Shown piece after piece: positions 24,579-26,861 of a DNA stretch of 26,861 nt (within the stretch, counting starts at the first letter, position 1; the number at the start of each line of letters is the position of its first letter). The DNA lies in the IMG/VR virus record IMGVR_UViG_3300026123_000025, positions 1-26,861 of that record, one strand, 5' to 3'. Under the pieces are notes generated by a model, which saw only the letters and a program-made list of their open reading frames with translations, was not told the DNA's origin and searched no databases. This DNA comes from a virus (taxonomy: Duplodnaviria; Caudoviricetes). The position numbers were made by a program, and so were the translations under genes.

Positions 24579-26861
24579 TTATTTTATACCAACGACAACT
24601 TCAATAATGCCTTCTCCGTCAGTTTCTTTGCTTTCTAATGCTCTACCCACTTGCTGTGTCCAATTAATAGTACTTCCATTTGCCGACATTGCAACACCTG
24701 GTATACCACTTGTCACAAGTCTGTCACCTTTCTGGACTTTACCCCATACTCTACATGGAACACGACCTTCAAGTGCGACTGGTAGACCATGACATTCACT
24801 GTTCATTAAGTATGCCGGCTGCGTTGAAATAATACCAAATACTTCATTGCAATTTGCGCAATCAGTTTGTGTAATTTCATATTCACCGCCAATCTTAACA
24901 ACTGTTCCTGCCGGGTAATGTTCATCAGACACATAGTTTTCTGCTAAGTCAGCAGCGGCACCATTAATTGTGTCTACTGTAAGTGTATCAAGTGCAGTAT
25001 CACCTGATACACTCAATGCGCCTACGATACCAACATCACCTAGAATGTTGTAATTACCATCAGTGGTAATATTAGCAGTGTGGCACACATCATTATTAAA
25101 GCAAACTTCACCAGTAAAGTTTGTGTTGTTACTAACAGTATACGATACTTCACCTGCCTTTGTCAAGTCAAATGTGTAAACTTTTCCGGAATCAGTTCCG
25201 CTTGCATCGTCTTCATACGCGGCTGAGGCTATTACTTTTGTTCCTGAAATTGTAACTGCGTCACCAAAGTAATCATTTACACCAGTACTGTACCCGTTAG
25301 GATCGGCCACAGTATGCAACAATGTTCCTGTTGATGCCTCGTAGATATGAATGTTACCAGAGTCAGTTCCTGCAGTATCACCGCGTGGTTCACCAACTAC
25401 GATTCTTCCTTCAGACACGGACACTGAGGTTCCGAAGTAATCACTACTGCCGCCGGAGCCTGCTGGATTAGATGCAGACCATAAAAATCCACCGGTAGTC
25501 ACATTGTACACGTAAATTGATCCTGAATTGGTAGCACCAACGTCTTCGTAACGAGCACTGATAACTAGGTACTGGTCGTCTAACGCTACTGAATAACCGA
25601 ATTCGTCATCAGTGCCAGTACCTGTCAAATTAGGGTTGTCTATTCTGTATAATAATGTACCAGTTGTAACATTGTACACATAAACTGTTCCTGAAGAAGA
25701 CCCATTAGGATCCTCTCGGCGTGTACCAACTACTGCGTAGTTTCCATAGATAGCAACTGCTTCACCGAAATAGTCATATGCCTCAAATGAATGTGCATTA
25801 GGATCTGCTATAGAGTGAATTAATGCTCCTGTTTTAGCATTGAATATATAAACTCTACCAGAATTATAACCTGGAACATTGCTTGCCAAACTACCAACCG
25901 AATCTTCATATGGTGCACCGACAATAATGTAATCACCATCAATATCAACTGCACGACCGAAAGAGTCGCCAGCAGCAGTGTCATAATCGTTAGGGTTTGA
26001 TAGCGTGTATAGCAACTCACCTGATAAGCCGTTGAATACATATACTACACCAGAATTTGACCCGCCAGTGTCTTCGGCGTACGCGCCGGCAACAACAATT
26101 TCACCACTTATACCAACAGCATATCCGAAACTGTCTCCTGCAGGTGTACTAGTATTGTTAGGGTTGTCCAAAATTGTAATTAAACTGTCATCTATACTGC
26201 TATAGACATAAACTTTGCCCGAAGTAGTACCACCAGCCTCATCTTCTGCGTGTGCACCAACTACAAAATAACCATCTGTTGAATCTATATGTGCGCCGAA
26301 TAAATCAGTATTTGATGTACCATATGGATTAGGGTTGCTGATTATTGAATTCTGCGAAACCGAATTGACTGATACGGTTCTTGAGCCTTGTACAACATTG
26401 TTATCGATTTCTGTTTCGGTATAGTATCTGTTATCTAGATTGTAACTACCGATAGACGTAATATGACCAAAGGTATCTAGTGTGATATCTTGAATAACAG
26501 TACCATTACTGTTATTAACACTTACTTGTGAACTTGTATCAGCGTGATTTACAGTAACGGTATTGTTTTCTGCTCCACTAGCAGTTTCAGATAATGTAAT
26601 ACCCGAACCTTGTACTATGTCAGCAACATACGCACCAGTTGTGTCAGTTCCTAAAGCAACTGAGTTAGGGTTAACTGTAGCAGTTAGTACTACGTTACTC
26701 TTAGAGTCAATGTTAACAACACCTGACAAATCTCCGTCAAGTGTAAATGAGTAGTTGTCAGCCGTCGAACCAACGTTTACAGCACCATCAGGTGTAATGT
26801 AATACATCTTCTGAGTGTTGGTGTTGTAAACAAATCGACCTATACCCACTTCATCAAAAAT
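24579..26861 (-). CDS. Tail fibre protein with FG-GAP propeller and C-terminal intramolecular-chaperone (peptidase G2-like) domain; 5'-truncated
   Basis: The frame stays open to the window end (ATT TTT GAT GAA GTG). Fibre modules (VALGTDTTG.YV, D.FGHITS, LDNRYYTE), seven FG-GAP repeats, then ADLAENY...GTVV..GG..EIT...ST.PAYLMN...VAL.GRVPC.V.G...KGD.LV.S..PG.A. Confidence 0.85.
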   Translation of the reverse strand: MFDEVGIGRFVYNTNTQKMYYITPDGAVNVGSTADNYSFTLDGDLSGVVNIDSKSNVVLTATVNPNSVALGTDTTGAYVADIVQGSGITLSETASGAENNTVTVNHADTSSQVSVNNSNGTVIQDITLDTFGHITSIGSYNLDNRYYTETEIDNNVVQGSRTVSVNSVSQNSIISNPNPYGTSNTDLFGAHIDSTDGYFVVGAHAEDEAGGTTSGKVYVYSSIDDSLITILDNPNNTSTPAGDSFGYAVGISGEIVVAGAYAEDTGGSNSGVVYVFNGLSGELLYTLSNPNDYDTAAGDSFGRAVDIDGDYIIVGAPYEDSVGSLASNVPGYNSGRVYIFNAKTGALIHSIADPNAHSFEAYDYFGEAVAIYGNYAVVGTRREDPNGSSSGTVYVYNVTTGTLLYRIDNPNLTGTGTDDEFGYSVALDDQYLVISARYEDVGATNSGSIYVYNVTTGGFLWSASNPAGSGGSSDYFGTSVSVSEGRIVVGEPRGDTAGTDSGNIHIYEASTGTLLHTVADPNGYSTGVNDYFGDAVTISGTKVIASAAYEDDASGTDSGKVYTFDLTKAGEVSYTVSNNTNFTGEVCFNNDVCHTANITTDGNYNILGDVGIVGALSVSGDTALDTLTVDTINGAAADLAENYVSDEHYPAGTVVKIGGEYEITQTDCANCNEVFGIISTQPAYLMNSECHGLPVALEGRVPCRVWGKVQKGDRLVTSGIPGVAMSANGSTINWTQQVGRALESKETDGEGIIEVVVGIK

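Noticed and set aside
581-26754. Numerous short antisense or alternate-frame ORFs in the track (e.g. 3137..3643, 14998..15318, 18318..18707)
   Set aside because: They lie within well-supported genes, lack recognisable motifs and are explained by codon bias or repeats.

Overview
This is a 26.9-kb fragment of the virion morphogenesis region of a large T4-related (jumbo-type) myovirus. It encodes tail sheath (gp18), tail tube (gp19), a second tube-fold protein, neck proteins gp13 and gp14, tail terminator gp15, head-completion nuclease gp4, a probable small terminase subunit, two acidic head-internal-type proteins and a tail-fibre cluster. Interspersed are a dNMP kinase, a NUDIX hydrolase, a PhyH-like 2OG-Fe(II) dioxygenase, two free-standing FG-GAP beta-propellers, small membrane proteins, a GIY-YIG homing endonuclease and a Hef-like nuclease/Mom-GNAT fusion. 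T4-type late promoters (NATAAATA) precede most units. The most unusual element is a ~110-nt structured non-coding region at 20-130 with two segments matching the conserved 23S rRNA helix 69-71 region (the split I-CeuI site). These segments are antisense to the rRNA on the strand of the adjacent gene, suggesting a phage ribosome-targeting RNA. Also notable are inverted repeats pairing the upstream flank of late promoters with the RBS, two apparently leaderless late genes, a 16-bp operator-like motif shared by the sheath and tube promoter regions, and a 17-aa N-terminal tag shared by two different propellers. All calls come from motif recognition by eye; no searches were run.
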